A program made the position numbers and the translations under genes. From positions 1 through 64,000 of the forward strand of contig NW_026576387.1 of NCBI RefSeq assembly GCF_028641065.1: a DNA stretch of 64,000 nucleotides. Direction: 5' to 3'. Below, piece by piece: positions 1 to 12,764 of the stretch. The notes beneath the pieces are model-generated. The model was not told the origin of the DNA. It searched no databases and worked only from the letters and a program-made list of their open reading frames with translations. The DNA comes from Leucoraja erinacea. Its lineage: Eukaryota. Each line of letters begins with the position of its first letter. Within the stretch, counting starts at the first letter, position 1.

Positions 1-833
1 AGGGAAGGGGAAAAAGAAGAGAAGGGAAGGGAGTAAAAGGAGGAGGGAAAGAGGGAGGGGAAAGGGGAGAAGGAAAGGGGAGTGGAAAGGGAAGAGATAG
101 AGAGGAGAGAGGGGGAGGGGGGATGGGAGAGAGGGGGAAAGGGAGAGGGGGAGGGGAGAGGGGGGGAGGGAGGAGGGGGAGGGGAGAGAAAAGACGAGAA
201 GCGGAGGAGAGGGTAGAGAGGGGAGAAGGGAGGCAGAGACTTTGAAGGGAAGGAGGAGAACGGGGAAAGGGGAGAGAGAATGAAGGGGAGAGAGGGGAGG
301 AGAGAGAGAAAAGGGAGAGGGAGAGGGAAGAGGACAAGAGGGGGTGTAGAGGGAAGGGGAGAGAGGGGGAAGGAGAGAGAGAGAAAGGGAAAGGGAGAGA
401 GAGGGTGAAGGGGAGAACGAGTGAAGGGGAGAGAGAGAGAAAGGGAGAGAGAGGGAAGGGGAGAGAGGGAGGGAAGGGGAGAGGGTGTGATGGAGGGAGA
501 AGAGAGCTCGGGAAGCGGAAGAGAATGAAAAGGAGGGGAGAGAGAGGGAAGGCGAGAGAAAGCAGTAAGGGCAGAGAGATGGAATGCGGAAAAGCTGAGG
601 GGGGAGAGAAAGAGGAGGAGAGGGGAGGGGGAGAGAGAAAGATTGAGGGGGAGAGAAAGGAGAGGGGAGGGAGTGGGAAGGGGGTGGAAGGAGGAAGAAA
701 GGAAGGTGGGAGGCTGGGAAAGAGGGAAGGGGAGAGGGGACCGAGTGAAGGGGAAGAGAGAGTGAGGGAGAGAGAGAGAAAGATGGGGAAAAGTGAGGGA
801 GGGTAGGTGTGAGAGAGGGTGGTTGAAGAGAGA
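1..833 (+). repeat. GA-rich polypurine low-complexity tract
   Basis: Almost exclusively G and A. Confidence 0.95.
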
Positions 834-1120
834 GGTTCTGACCTTCCTTCCATCGAGGGGATCTATCGCAGTCGCTGCCTCACAAAGGCTGGCAGTATCA
901 TCAAAGTCCCACACACCATCCTGGCCACACACTCATCTCCCTGCTACCTTCAGGTAGAAGGTACAGGAGCCTGAAGACTGCAACAACCAGGTTCAGGAAT
1001 AGCTACTTCCCCACAGCCATCAGGCTATTAAACCTGGCTCGGACAAAACTCGGATTATTAATAACCCATTATCTGTTATTTGCACTTTATCAGTTTATTT
1101 ATTCATGGGTGTATATATTT

Positions 1121-2041
1121 AGAAACATAGAAACATAGACACATAGAAAATAGGTGCAGGAGTAGAGGCCATTCGGCCCTTCGAGCCTGTACCGCCATTC
1201 AATATGATCATGGCTGATCATCCAACTCAGTATCCCGTACCTGCTTTCTCTCCATACCTTCTGATCCCCTTAGCCACAAGGGCCACATCTAACTCCCTCT
1301 TAAATATAGCCAATGAACTGTGGCCTCGACTACCATCTGTGACAGAGAGTTCCAGAGATTCACCACTCCCTGTGTGAAAAAAGTTCTTCTCATCTCGGTT
1401 TTAAAGGATTTCCCCCTTATCCTTAAGCTGTGACCCCTTGTCCTGGACTTCCCCAACATCGGGAGCAATCTTCCTGCATCTAGCCTGTCCAACCCCCTTA
1501 AGAATTGTGTACGTTTCTATAAGATCCCCTCTCAATCTCCTAAATTCTAGAGAGTATAGAAACATAGAAACATAGAAATTAGGTGCAGGAATAGGCCATT
1601 CGGCCCTTCGAGCCTGCACCGCCATTCAATATGATCATGGCTGATCATCCAACTCAGTATTCCGTACCTGCCTACTCTCCATACCCTCTGATCCCCTTAG
1701 CCACAAGGGCCACATCTAACTCCCTCTTAAATATAGCCAATGAACTGGCCTCAACGACCCTCTGTGGTAGGATTTCCAGAGATTCACCACTCTCTGTGTG
1801 AAAAACCAAGTCCAAAACCAAGGTATAAACCCAGTCTATCCAGTCTTTCTTCATAAGACAGTCCTGACATCCCAGGAATCAGTCTGGTGAACCTTCTCTG
1901 CACTCCCTCTATGGCAATAATGTCCTTCCTCAGATTTGGAGACCAAAACTGTACGCAATACTCCAGGTGTGGTCTCACCAAGACCATGTACAACTGCAGT
2001 AGAACCTCCCTGCTCCTATACTCAAATCTTTTTGCTATGAA
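1121..2041 (-). mobile_element. Two tandem CR1 LINE 3' fragments, subfamily A ((TTTCTATG)n tail)
   Basis: RT C-terminal peptides [13 protein letters not shown] / RGDLIETY / FFTQRVVNLWNSLP and an 8-bp tail repeat. Confidence 0.9.
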
Positions 2042-2116
2042 TTTATATTATGGTACACAAAAAAGCTGGAGAAACTCAGCGGGTGCAGCAGCATATATGG
2101 AGCGAAGGAAATAGGC

Positions 2117-2144
2117 AACGTTTCGGGCCGAAACCCTTCTTCAG
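2117..2144 (-). ncRNA. Minimal hammerhead-ribozyme-like core (Penelope-derived)
   Basis: Reverse complement is identical to the 3496-3523 core. Confidence 0.6.
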
Positions 2145-2627
2145 ACTGGTATATGGTACATGGACACACTGATCTGTTCTGTAATAAATGCCTACTGTGT
2201 TCTGTGTGCTGAAGCAAAACACGAATTTAATTGTCCTATACAGGGACACATGACAATAAACTCACTTGAACTTGAACTTGTTATTTATTGCAGATTATTG
2301 CAGAACATATTATTTATTTAATATATAAAAGAATATGCGATTCTGTTTGTAGTTTGTTTGTTTGTCTTTTTGCACAAAGTCCGCGCGCATTGCCACTTTT
2401 CATTTCACTGCACATCTCGTATGTGTATGTGATGTGACTTGACTTGACACAATTTGATATGTTAGAAAGCAACCCAAGGTTCCCAACCCGAAACGACGCC
2501 TGCCCATGTGCTCCAGAAATACTGACTTACTGGCAGTGTCACTCCAGCATTCCGTGTCTATGTTCGCCAGGGATGGTGCCTGACCCGCTGAGTTATTCCA
2601 GCACTTTGAGTATTTTTATTTGTTAAT

Positions 2628-3028
2628 TCTTATAGAAACGTACAACATTATTAAGGGGTTGGACAGGCTAGATGCAGGAAGATTGTTCCCGATGTTGAGG
2701 ACATCCAGAACAAAGGGCCACACACAGTTTAAGGATAAAGGGGGAAATCTTTTCGGACCGAGATGAGGAAAACATTTTTCACACAGAGAGCGGTGAATGT
2801 GTGGAATTCTCTGCCACAGAAGATAGTTGAGGCCACAGTTCATTGGCTATATTTAAGAGGGAGTTAGATGTGGCCCTTGTGGCTAAAGGCATCAGGGGGT
2901 ATGGAGAGAAGGCAGGTGCAGGATACTGAGTTGGATGATCAGCCATGATCATATTGAATGGCGGTGCAGGCTCGAAGGGCCGAATGGCCTCTACTCCTTT
3001 ACCTATTTTCCATGTTTCTATTTCTATG
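2628..3028 (+). mobile_element. CR1 subfamily A 3' fragment
   Basis: Same 3' sequence and tail as 1121-2041. Confidence 0.88.
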
Positions 3029-3346
3029 TAAATACATTGGCAATAAGTATTTACCCGAACTCAGAAGAGAATTGAAATGACCAAACACAGCCTGACACTG
3101 ATTTTTCTATGCACCATCATTCAAATCAAGAGCGACCTGCACATCTACCTAACAAACAATTTTCAGACGAGTTTATAAAGGTAGTGTTTGTCTTTTATTC
3201 CACGTTCTAATGTCCTGGCTGCAGGAACCAAGGAAATGTGGCCAGCTATCCTGTTCCACCATTGCCCATGTGGTGGCAATAGAGAACACTCAGTGAGCAT
3301 TTGGGAGGTGACGCGAATAAGCAGATTCATGGAGCAGAGGTGAATC

Positions 3347-4313
3347 AAGTTCAAGTTCAAGTTCAAATGAGTTTATTGTCATGTGTCCCTTTATAGGACA
3401 ATGAAATTCTTGCTTTGCTTCAGCACAACAGAACATAGTAGGCATTTACTACAGAACTGATCAGTGTGCCCATATAACACAATATAAATACCAGTCTGAA
3501 GAAGGGTTTCGGCCCGAAACGTTGCCTATTTCCTTCGCTCCATAGATGCTGCTGCACCCGCTGAGTGTCTCCAGCTTTTTTGTGTACCATAGTATAGGAC
3601 AATGAAATTCTTGCTTTGCTTCAGCACAACAGAACATAGTAGGCATTTACTACAAAACAAATCAGTGTGTCGATATACCATAATATAAATATATGCACAC
3701 ATGAATAAATAAACTGATCAAGTGCAAATAACAGATAATGGGTTATTAATAATCAGAGTTTTGTCCGAGCCAGGTTTAATAGCCTGATGGCTGTGGGGAA
3801 GTAGCTATTCCTGAACCTGGTTGTTGCAGTCTTCAAGCTCCTGTACCTTCTACCTGAAGGTAGCAGGGAGATGAGTGTGTGGCCAGGATGGTGTGGGTCT
3901 TTGATGATACTGCCGGCCCTTTTGAGGCAGCGACTGCGATAAAGATTCAGATTCAGATTCAGATTCAGATTCAATTTTAATTGTCATTGTTAGTGTACAG
4001 TACAGAGACAACGAAATGCATTTAGCATCTCCCTGGAAGAGTGACATAGCAAATTAACCCCCTCGATGGAAGGAAGGTCAGAGCCGATGATGGACTGGGC
4101 AGTGTTTGCTACTTTTTGTAGTATTTTCCTCTCCAGGGCGCTCAAGTTGCCGAACCAAACCACGATGCAACTGGTCAGCATGCTCTCTACAGTGCACCTG
4201 TAGAAGTTAGAGAGAGTCCTCCTTGACAAACCGACTCTCCGTACTCTTCTCAGGAAGTAGAGGCGCTGATGGGCTTTCTTGATAATTGCATTAGTGTTCT
4301 CGGACCAGGAAAG
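3347..4313 (-). mobile_element. Rex1/Babar-like LINE 3' fragment (same family as 836-2280, inverted)
   Basis: ORFs 3990-4229 (NFYRCTVESMLTSCIVVWFG) and 3753-3974, with an (AAGTTC)n tail on the plus strand. Confidence 0.78.
3496..3523 (+). ncRNA. Minimal hammerhead-ribozyme-like core in a Penelope-derived repeat
   Basis: CTGAAGA-A-GGGT(TTCG)GCCC-GAAAC-GTT: CUGAnGA and GAAA boxes, a 4-bp stem II and a palindromic AACGTT helix III. Stem I is weak. Confidence 0.6.
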
Positions 4314-4685
4314 ATATCATTACATTTCTATAAGGCCGATCGCCATTTCAGACAGATCCAAAAACGATTTCCACCAATGGACTGACTGATGAGCTGCGAT
4401 ACAGCAAGGTACAGGGCGGCCAGTGGCGGATCGGTTCGTCTACGTTGGTGAAGATGTTGAGGGGATAGACATAACATTCTCGAATAGCTCAGCTGGTCCG
4501 GCAACATCTCTTCTGAAGAAGGGGCTCGACCCGAAACATCACCGATTTCTTTGGTCCAGAATTGCTCCCTGACTCCAACTTTTTTTTTTATGAATCTTCG
4601 GTTTATACCTGCAATGCAATTGCTCCCTACACAAGTTGTTTAAGGGTCTCTGCCACTAGAAAGGATTTCTCCCCCCTCTCCCACA

Positions 4686-5232
4686 GTCATAGAGTCATAG
4701 AGTGATACAGTGTAGAAACAGGGCCTTCGGCCCAACCTGTTCAAACCGCCACTACTCCCACCTGCCTGCGAATGGTCCATATCCCTGCAAACCTGTCCTA
4801 CCCATGTACTTGTCTAACTATTGTCCAAACGATAGGATAATCCCGACTTCTACTACCTCCTCTTGCAGCTTGTTTCATACACCCAACTCCCTTTGAGTGA
4901 AAATGTTACCCCTCGAATTCCAATTAAATCTTTTCTCCTTCACCTCGAACCTATGTCCTCTAGTCCTCGATTTCCCTACTCTGATCAAAAGGCTCTGTGC
5001 ATCTAACCCATTTATTCCACTCATGATTTTGTTTACCTCTATAAGATCACCCCTGGTCCTCCTGCGCTTAGGAATCAGAGACCCAGCCTGCTCAACCTCT
5101 CCCTGTAGCTCACCCCCTCTAGTCCTGGCAACATCCTCGTAAATCTTCTCTGAACCCGTTCAAGCTTGACAATACCTTTCGTATAACATGGTGCCCAGAA
5201 CTGAACACGATACTCTAAATGTAGTCTCACCC
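4686..5232 (-). mobile_element. Older CR1 3' fragment ((CTATGACT)n tail)
   Basis: Diverged CR1 3' end. A similar copy lies at about 58545-59115(+). Confidence 0.7.
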
Positions 5233-5594
5233 AATAATCCTAGAGGAGCAAGATAGACCACTCCTCCGAAATCCAATGGACTGAGGTGTAGCATGTAATG
5301 GAACGTCACGGCCGCCATTTGTTGATGCCAAACGCGACATCTTTGGTAGCGGGGACGGTCTCCACAGTTATACAATCTGCTCTTACATCAGGTCGCAGGG
5401 AAGAGCAAAGATACTAGAGGCTCCTCTACTATCTTTGGGGGAGGAGGACATTTCCTCCACTCCTGTGTTGATCCAGGACTGATTCTCGGTCGGTCCCCCC
5501 GATACCAGATGAAGGCGGCCGGCGGGAGAGCCTCAAGCATCTGCCCGCGGTCGGCGCTCCCGAGGCAGCGGGCAATGCTCCTCTAGTATCTTTG
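5231..5594. mobile_element. Unclassified MITE-like element
   Basis: Terminal inverted repeats CCAATAATCCTAGAGGAGCA / TGCTCCTCTAGTATCTTTGG, with an internal back-to-back copy at about 5407-5437. Confidence 0.45.
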
Positions 5595-5925
5595 GTGTCA
5601 TCCGTTCCGAAGATTGATCCGTTCTATCATTTTTGGTGTAATCAGTGTTGTAGGATACAGTGTTTTATATAGCATCGATCACTTCACATATTTAGTTCAT
5701 ATTATTGTACATTTTATTAATATTATTGTAAACTGCAGCTCATTAAAATGGCGTCAACAATCGCCCATGTCATACTACGCTTTTTCCGCAGAGTGGCGCA
5801 TCTTGCTCTGCTCTATAATCTTTTGTCTCACCAACGTCTTCCTCAACTACAACATGACCTCCCAACTTCCATCTCAATATTCTCATTGATGAAAGCCAAT
5901 GTGCCAGAGCCCTGCTGGGATTACT

Positions 5926-8572
5926 TTATAACATATAACTATATAACCATATAACAATTACAGCACGGAAACAGGTCATCTCGACCCTTCTAGTCCGTGC
6001 CGAACACATATTCTCCCCTAGTACCATACACCTGCGCTCAGACCATAACCTTCCATTCCCTTCTCGTCCATATAACTATCCAATTTATTTTTAAATGATA
6101 AAAACGAACCTGCCTCCACCACCTTCACTGGAAGCTCATTCCACACAGCCACCACTCTCTGAGTAAAGAAGTTCCCCCTCATGTTACCCCTAAACTTCAG
6201 TTCCTTAATTCTCAAGTCATGTCCCCTTGTTTGAATCTTCCCTCCTCTCAGTGGGAAAAGCTTATCCACGTCAACTCTGTCTATCCCTCTCATCATTTTA
6301 AAAACCTCTATCAAGTCCCCCCTTAACCTTCTGCGCTACAAAGAATAAAGCCCTAACTTGTTCAACCTTTCTCTGTAACTTAGTTGCTGAAACCCAGGCA
6401 ACGTTTTGTTCGCCGATTTGTTTGGCCGACACTGTCCCGTTATCCGACAACATCCGAACTGCCATAGTGACGCGGTGGATCTGCACACCCCGTGCAATAT
6501 CCCCCCCCCCCCCCCCCACCCCCCCCCCCCCCCCCCCACACAACCCCATCTCATCTGAATGGGCGATTTGTTGAATTCAACACAGTCCTGATTTCTTAGA
6601 AACATAGAAACATAGAAACAGAGACAATAGGTGCAGGAGTAGGCCATTCGGCCCTTCGAGCCTGCACCGCCATTCAATATGATCATGGCTGATCATCCAA
6701 CTGAGTATCCCAGCCCTGCCTTCTCTCCATACCCCCAGATCCCTTTAGCCACAAGGGCCACATCTAACTCCCTCTTAAATATAGCCAATGAACTGGCCTC
6801 AACTACCTTCTGTGGCAGAGAATTCCAGAGATTCACCACTCTCTGTGTGAAAAATGTTTTTCTCATCTCGGTCCTAAAAGGTTTAAATTTATCCTTAAAC
6901 TGTGTGACCCCTTGTTCTGGACTTCCCCAACATCGGGAACAATCTTCCTGCATCTAGCCTGTCCAACCCCTGAATAATTTTCTAAGTTTCTATAAGATCC
7001 CCCCTCAATCTTCTAAATTCTAGCGAGTACAAGCCGAGTCTATCCAGTCTTCCGTCGTATGAAAGTCCTGACATCCTAGGAATCAGTCTGGTGAACCTTC
7101 TCTGTACTCCCTCTATGGCAAGAATGTCTTTCCTCAGATTAGGAGACCAAAACTGCACACAATACTCCAGGTGTGGTCTCACCAAGACCCTGTACAACTG
7201 CAGTAGAACCTCCCTGTTCCTATACTCAAATCCTTTTGCTATGAATGCTAACATACCATTCGCTTTCTTCACTGCTTGCTGCATCTGCATGCCTACTTTC
7301 AATGACTGGTGTACCATGACACCCAGGTCTCGTTGTATCTCCCCTTTTCCTAATCGGCCACTATTCAGATAATAGTCTACTTTCCTGTTTTTTGCCACCA
7401 AGGTGGATAACCTCACATTAATCCACATTATACTTCATCTGCCATGCATTTGCCCACTCACCCAGCCTATCCAAGTCACCTTGCAGCCTCCTAGCATCCT
7501 CCTTACGGCTAACACGGCCTCCCAGCTTCGGGTTATCCGCAAACCTGGAGATGTTGCATTCAATTCCCTCGTCCAAATCATGAATATAACCATATAACCA
7601 TATAACCATATAATAATTACAACACGGAAACAGGCCATCTCGGCCCTACAAGTCCGTGCCGAACAATTATTTTCCCTTAGTCCCACCTGCCTGCACTCAT
7701 ACCATAACCCTCCATTCCCTTCTCATCCATATGCCTATCCAATTTATGTTTAAATGATACCAACGAACCTGCCTCCACCACTTCCACCGGAAGCTCATTC
7801 CACACCGCTACCACTCTCTGAGTAAAGACGTTCCCCCTCATGTTACCCCTAAACTTCTGTCCCTTAATTCTGAAGTCATGTCCTCTTGTTTGAATCTTCC
7901 CTATTCTCAAAGGGAAATGCTTGTCCACATCAACTCTGTCTATCCCTCTCATCATTTTAAAGACCTCTATCAAGTCCCCTTTAACCTTCTGCGCTCCAGA
8001 GAATAAAGACCTAACTTGTTCAACCTTTCTCTGTAACTTAGTTGTTGAAACCCAGGCAACATTCTAGTAAATCTCCTCTGTACTCTCCCTATTTTGTTGA
8101 CATCCTTCCTATAATTGGGCGACCAAAATTGTACACTATACTCCAGATTTGGCCTCACCAATGCCTTGTACGATTTTGTCATTACATCTCAGCTTCTATA
8201 CTCAATGCTCTGATTTATAAAGGCTAGCATACCAAAAGCTTTCTTTACCACCCGGTCTATATGAGATTCCACCTCAATGAACTATGCACGGTTAGTCCCA
8301 AATCCCTCTGTTCAACTGCATTCTTCAATTCCCCACCATTTACCATGTACGTCCTATTTTGATTTGTCCTGCCAAGGTGTAGCACCTCGCATTTATCAGC
8401 ATTAAACTCCATCTGCCATCTTTCAGCCCATTCTTCCAAATGGCCTAATTCACTCTGTAGACTTTGGAAATCCTCTTCATTATCCACAATACCCCCTATC
8501 TTAGTATCGTCTGCATACTTACTAATCCAATTTACCACACCTTCGGCCAGATCATTGATGTACATGACAAAA
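5926..8572 (-). mobile_element. CR1 cluster: subfamily B 5926-6405, A 6598-7582, B 7584-8572
   Basis: Subfamily B has RPNLEYGVQFWSPNYRKDVNKIERVQRRFTRMLPG, YADDTK and an (ATATGGTT)n tail. Confidence 0.9.
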
Positions 8573-8709
8573 AAACAATATATATTGTAAATAGCTTGGG
8601 TCCCGGCACTGAGCCTTGCGGTACCCCACAAGTCACTGCCTGCCATTGTGAAAAGGACCTGTTTACTCCTACTCTTTGTGTAGGTTACTACAACTACAAT
8701 GTGTAGGTT

Positions 8710-9757
8710 AACATATTGTGAGCGTTTGACGGTACTGGGCCTATATTCGCTGCAGTTTAGAACAGTGAGGGATGTGGGGAACCACATTGAGACGTACAGA
8801 ATAGTGAATGACATGGGTACGGTGATGTGAAGATGATGTTTCCACTAGTGGGATAATCTAGGACTAGAACTCATAGCATCAGGTTTAAAGGACGTACTTT
8901 TAGGAAGGAGATGAGGAGGAATTTCTTTAGAGAGGTGGAATCTGTGGAATTATTTGCCGCAGGAGGCTGTGCAGGCAATGTCAGTGGATATATTTAAGGG
9001 AGAGCCCGATAGATTCTTGATTCGTACGGGTGGGGAGAGGTAATGGTGAGAAGGCAGGAAAATGGGATTGGATCAGCCACCATTAAGGGGTTGTACAGGC
9101 TAGATGCAGGAAGATTGTTCCCGATGAACCTTCTCTGTACACCAGACTGATTCCGGGGATGGCAGGACTTTCATATGAATGGATTGACTCGGATTGAACT
9201 CGCTATAATTTAGAAGATTGAGGGGGGATCTTATAGAAACTTACAAAATTCTTAAGCGGTTGGACAGGCTAGATGCAGGAAGATTGTTCCCGATGTTGAA
9301 GAAGTCCAGAACAAGGGGTCACAGTTTAAGGATAAGGGGGAAGTATTTTAGGACCGAGATGAGAAAAACATTTTTCACACAGAGGAATCTGTGGAATTCT
9401 GCCACCGAAGGTAGTTGAGGCCAGTTAATTGGCTATATTTAAAAGGGAGAGAGATGTGGCCCTTGTGGCTAAAGGGAGCAGGGGGTATGGAGAGAAGGCA
9501 GGTACGCGATACTGAGTTGGATGATCAGCCATGATCATTTTGAATGGCGGTGCAGGCTCGAAGGGCCGAATGGCCTACTCCTGCACCTATTTTCTATGTG
9601 TCTATGTTTCTATTAAATGGCGGAGTAGAATTTATGGGCCGAATGGCCTAATTCTACTCCTGCCGTTTACCCCCTGATCCCCTCAGCCATGATCATATTG
9701 AATGGCAGTGCAGGCTCGAAGGGCCGAATGGCCTACTCCTGCACCTAATTTCCATGT
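8710..9757 (+). mobile_element. CR1 fragments (old copy 8710-9070; subfamily A 9083-9613; short ends)
   Basis: RGDLIETYKIL peptide and CR1 3' UTR. Confidence 0.8.
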
Positions 9758-10201
9758 TTAAGATCAGTAATGCTAACATACTCTGGATCAGCTGAGCAAG
9801 TGAAGATTGAGTGTGTAGGGATCTGGGTGTCTGGGCATTATGCAAGAGAGCGCTGTGGGGAAAGTCACCGGTGATTGTAGTAAACGGATCAACAGGCCAG
9901 AAGTTGTTCTTCACTGCTGTGTCCGAAAATGAAGCATTGACCCTCGGATCACAGCTATGTCCATCTTTAAGAGCCGAGTGTGCGGGTGAGGTCCCGGAGC
10001 AGCGAGGCCGAGAGCCATTGATCCCCGTCCCGGCACGTTCTGATATCCTGATACTTCCCTGGTGATTATTCCAGTCTCAGCTCCCCAGAATATTATATAT
10101 TTAATACAGCTGGTAAACTCCGCGCTTTCTCCCTCTCTCCCGCAGCGATCCCTTTTATCATAAAATACTTTCAAATCAACTTATTATCAATTAAAATATT
10201 A

Positions 10202-11300
10202 AAAACATAGAAAATAGATTCAGGAGTAGGCCATTCGGCCCCTCGAGCCTGCACCGCCATTCAATATGATCATGGCTGATCATCCAACTCAGTATCCTGT
10301 ACCTGCTTTCTCTCCATACCCCCTGATCCCTTTAGCCACAAGGGCCATATCTATGTCCTTGTTAAATATAGCCAATGAACTGGCCTCAACTACATTCTGT
10401 GGCAGAGGATTCCAGAGATTCACCACTCTCGGTGTAAAGAATGTTTTTCTCATCTCAGTCCGAACATATTTCCCCTTTATCCTTAAACTGTGTGGCCCCT
10501 TGTTCTGGACTTCCCCAACATCGAGAACAATCTTCGTGCATCTAGCCTGTCCAACCCCTTAAGAATTTTGTAAGTTTCTATAAGATCCCCCCTCAATCTT
10601 CTAAATTCAAGCGAGTACAAGCCGAGTCTATTCAGTCTTTCATCATATGAAAGTCCTGACATCCCAGGAATCAGTCTGGTGAACCTTCTCTGTACTCCCT
10701 CTATGGAAAGAATGTCCTTCCTCAGATCAGGAGACCAAAACTGTACGCAATACTTCAGGTGTGGCCTCACCAAGACCCTGTACAACTGCAGTAGAACCTC
10801 TCTGCTCCTATACTCAAATCCTCTTGCTATGAATGCTAACATACCATTCGCTTTCTTCACTGCCTGCTGCACCTGCATGCCTACTTTTAATGACTGGTGT
10901 ACCACGACACCCAGGTCTCGTTGCATCTCCCCTTTTCCTAATCGGCCACCATTCAGGTAATAGTCTACTTTCTATATTGAAGTTCATAGAAACATAGAAA
11001 TTAGGTGCAGGAGTAGGCCATTCGGCCCTTCGAGCCTGCACCGCCATTTAATATGATCATGGCTGATCATCCAACTCAGTATCCCGTACCTGCCTTCTCT
11101 CCATACCCTCTGATCCCCTTTGCCACAAGGGCCACATCTAACTCCCTCTTAAATATAGCCAATGAACTGGCCTCAACTACCCTCTGTGGCAGAGAGTTCC
11201 AGAGATTCACCACTCTCTGTGTGAAAAAAAGTTCTCCTCGTCTCGGTTTTAAAGGATTTCCCCCTTATCCTTAAGCTGTGACCCCTTGTCCTGGACTTCC
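10202..11300 (-). mobile_element. Two CR1 subfamily A fragments
   Basis: ORF 10483-10926 is an RT C-terminus, with tails. Confidence 0.9.
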
Positions 11301-11681
11301 AAGTTCATGGCTTGTAAGATCAATAAATTGCAATTTCTGAGAATTCTTTCTCAAAGAGTCCATTTTAGGCTCAATATCTTCCAGTTTCTGAATATGAACA
11401 TTTTGTTGTAAGTGCTGCTCCGTCTCTCCCCCCTCCCTCGCAGGGCCCGAGTGACCGCGACACCTGCCTCGCTACACAAACAACCAAAAACAGCATGGGT
11501 TCGTGCTAGGACAGCTAAATTAAGCCCAGGCCAACACCGACAGGGTCCCTCGGGGAGAGCCACAAGAGCGCAGCTGCATCAGCGCCTCCCACACACACGG
11601 CAGGCGCCTCGGCTGCTCGGCCCGTGAACCGTGGCCAACGTGGCGATCTCTGGAATGACCCGCGTCTGATTGCCCCGATGA

Positions 11682-12380
11682 TCTGAGGAGAGACATTCTT
11701 GCCATAAAGGGGTACAGAGAAGGTTCACCAGACTGATTCCTGGGATGGCAGGACTTTCATATGGAGAAAGACTGGATAGACTCGGCGTGTACTCGCTAGA
11801 ATTTAGAAGATTGAGGGGCGATCTTATAGAAATTTACAAAATTCTTAAGGGGTTGGACAGGCTAGATGCAGGAAGATTGTTCCCGATGTTGGGGAAGTCC
11901 AGAACAAGGGGTCACAGTTTAAGGATAAGGGGGAAATCTTTTAGGACCGAGATGAGGAAGACATTTTTTCACACAGAGAGTGGGTTTTTTATCATTTAAA
12001 AAAATTAATTGGATAGTTATATGGACGGGAAAGGAATGGAGGGTTATGGTCTGAACGCAGGTGTATGGGACTAGGGGAGAGTGCGTGTCCGGCACGGACT
12101 AGAAGGGTCGAGATGGCCTGTTTCCGTGCTGTAATTGTTATATATGGTGGTGAATCTGTGGAATTCTCTGCCACAGAAGGACGTTGAGGCCACACAGTTC
12201 ATTGGCTATATTTAAGAGGCAGTTAGATGTGGCCCTTGTGGCTAAAGGGATCAGGGGGTATGGAGAGAAGGCAGGTACAGGATACTGAGTTGGATGATCA
12301 GCCATGATCATATTGAATGGTGGTGCAGGCTCGAAGGGCCGAATGGCCTCTACTCCTGCACCTATTTTCTATTTTTCTAT
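11682..12380 (+). mobile_element. CR1-A fragment with a nested CR1-B 3' end
   Basis: ORF 11745-11999, with a B-type UTR at about 11985-12147. Confidence 0.85.
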
Positions 12381-12764
12381 TCGTAAAACATTGGCACCAG
12401 AACACAGGGGAAGGCACCCGGACAGAACAGCAAACGCTCCTTCTGAAGTGTGGCCTTGAAGTGTGTGCTACTGGAGCACAGTGAGGCGCAGAGGTTCAAA
12501 GTTCCACAGCTCATGGTTATTTCAGGCGAAAGCAGCAACGCTCATGGCGTCCTCAGTTAGAGTTATGGACCAGTAGTAGGGAATGATGCCAAGCGGAGAT
12601 GTTGGTGGTTGTAGCAGTGCAGGAGGGAGCTTCCTATGTCTGGGTAAGGGGTTCTGGGGATGGGCTGCCGACCATTCACGTTGTCCAACTGAAGAGACAA
12701 CTGCCTCTCATGAGCAACCTGTACAAGAGCCATCGCCACACGATCATTTTAATGGTACATCTTA

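Larger units (their letters stand above)
836..2280 (+). mobile_element. Rex1/Babar-like LINE 3' fragment, interrupted by CR1 copies and a Penelope fragment
   Basis: Encodes SDLPSIEGIYRSRC...LLPSGRRYRSLKTATTRFRNSYFP. 3' UTR ends with AATAAA and (ACTTGA)n. Confidence 0.75.

Noticed and set aside
405-806. 133-aa G/E/R/K-rich ORF
   Set aside because: Translation artefact of the GA-rich low-complexity tract.
12477-12504. CACAGTG heptamer (another at 54747-54753)
   Set aside because: No credible nonamer and no adjacent V or J segment. The second one is simply the GPCR-B splice acceptor.
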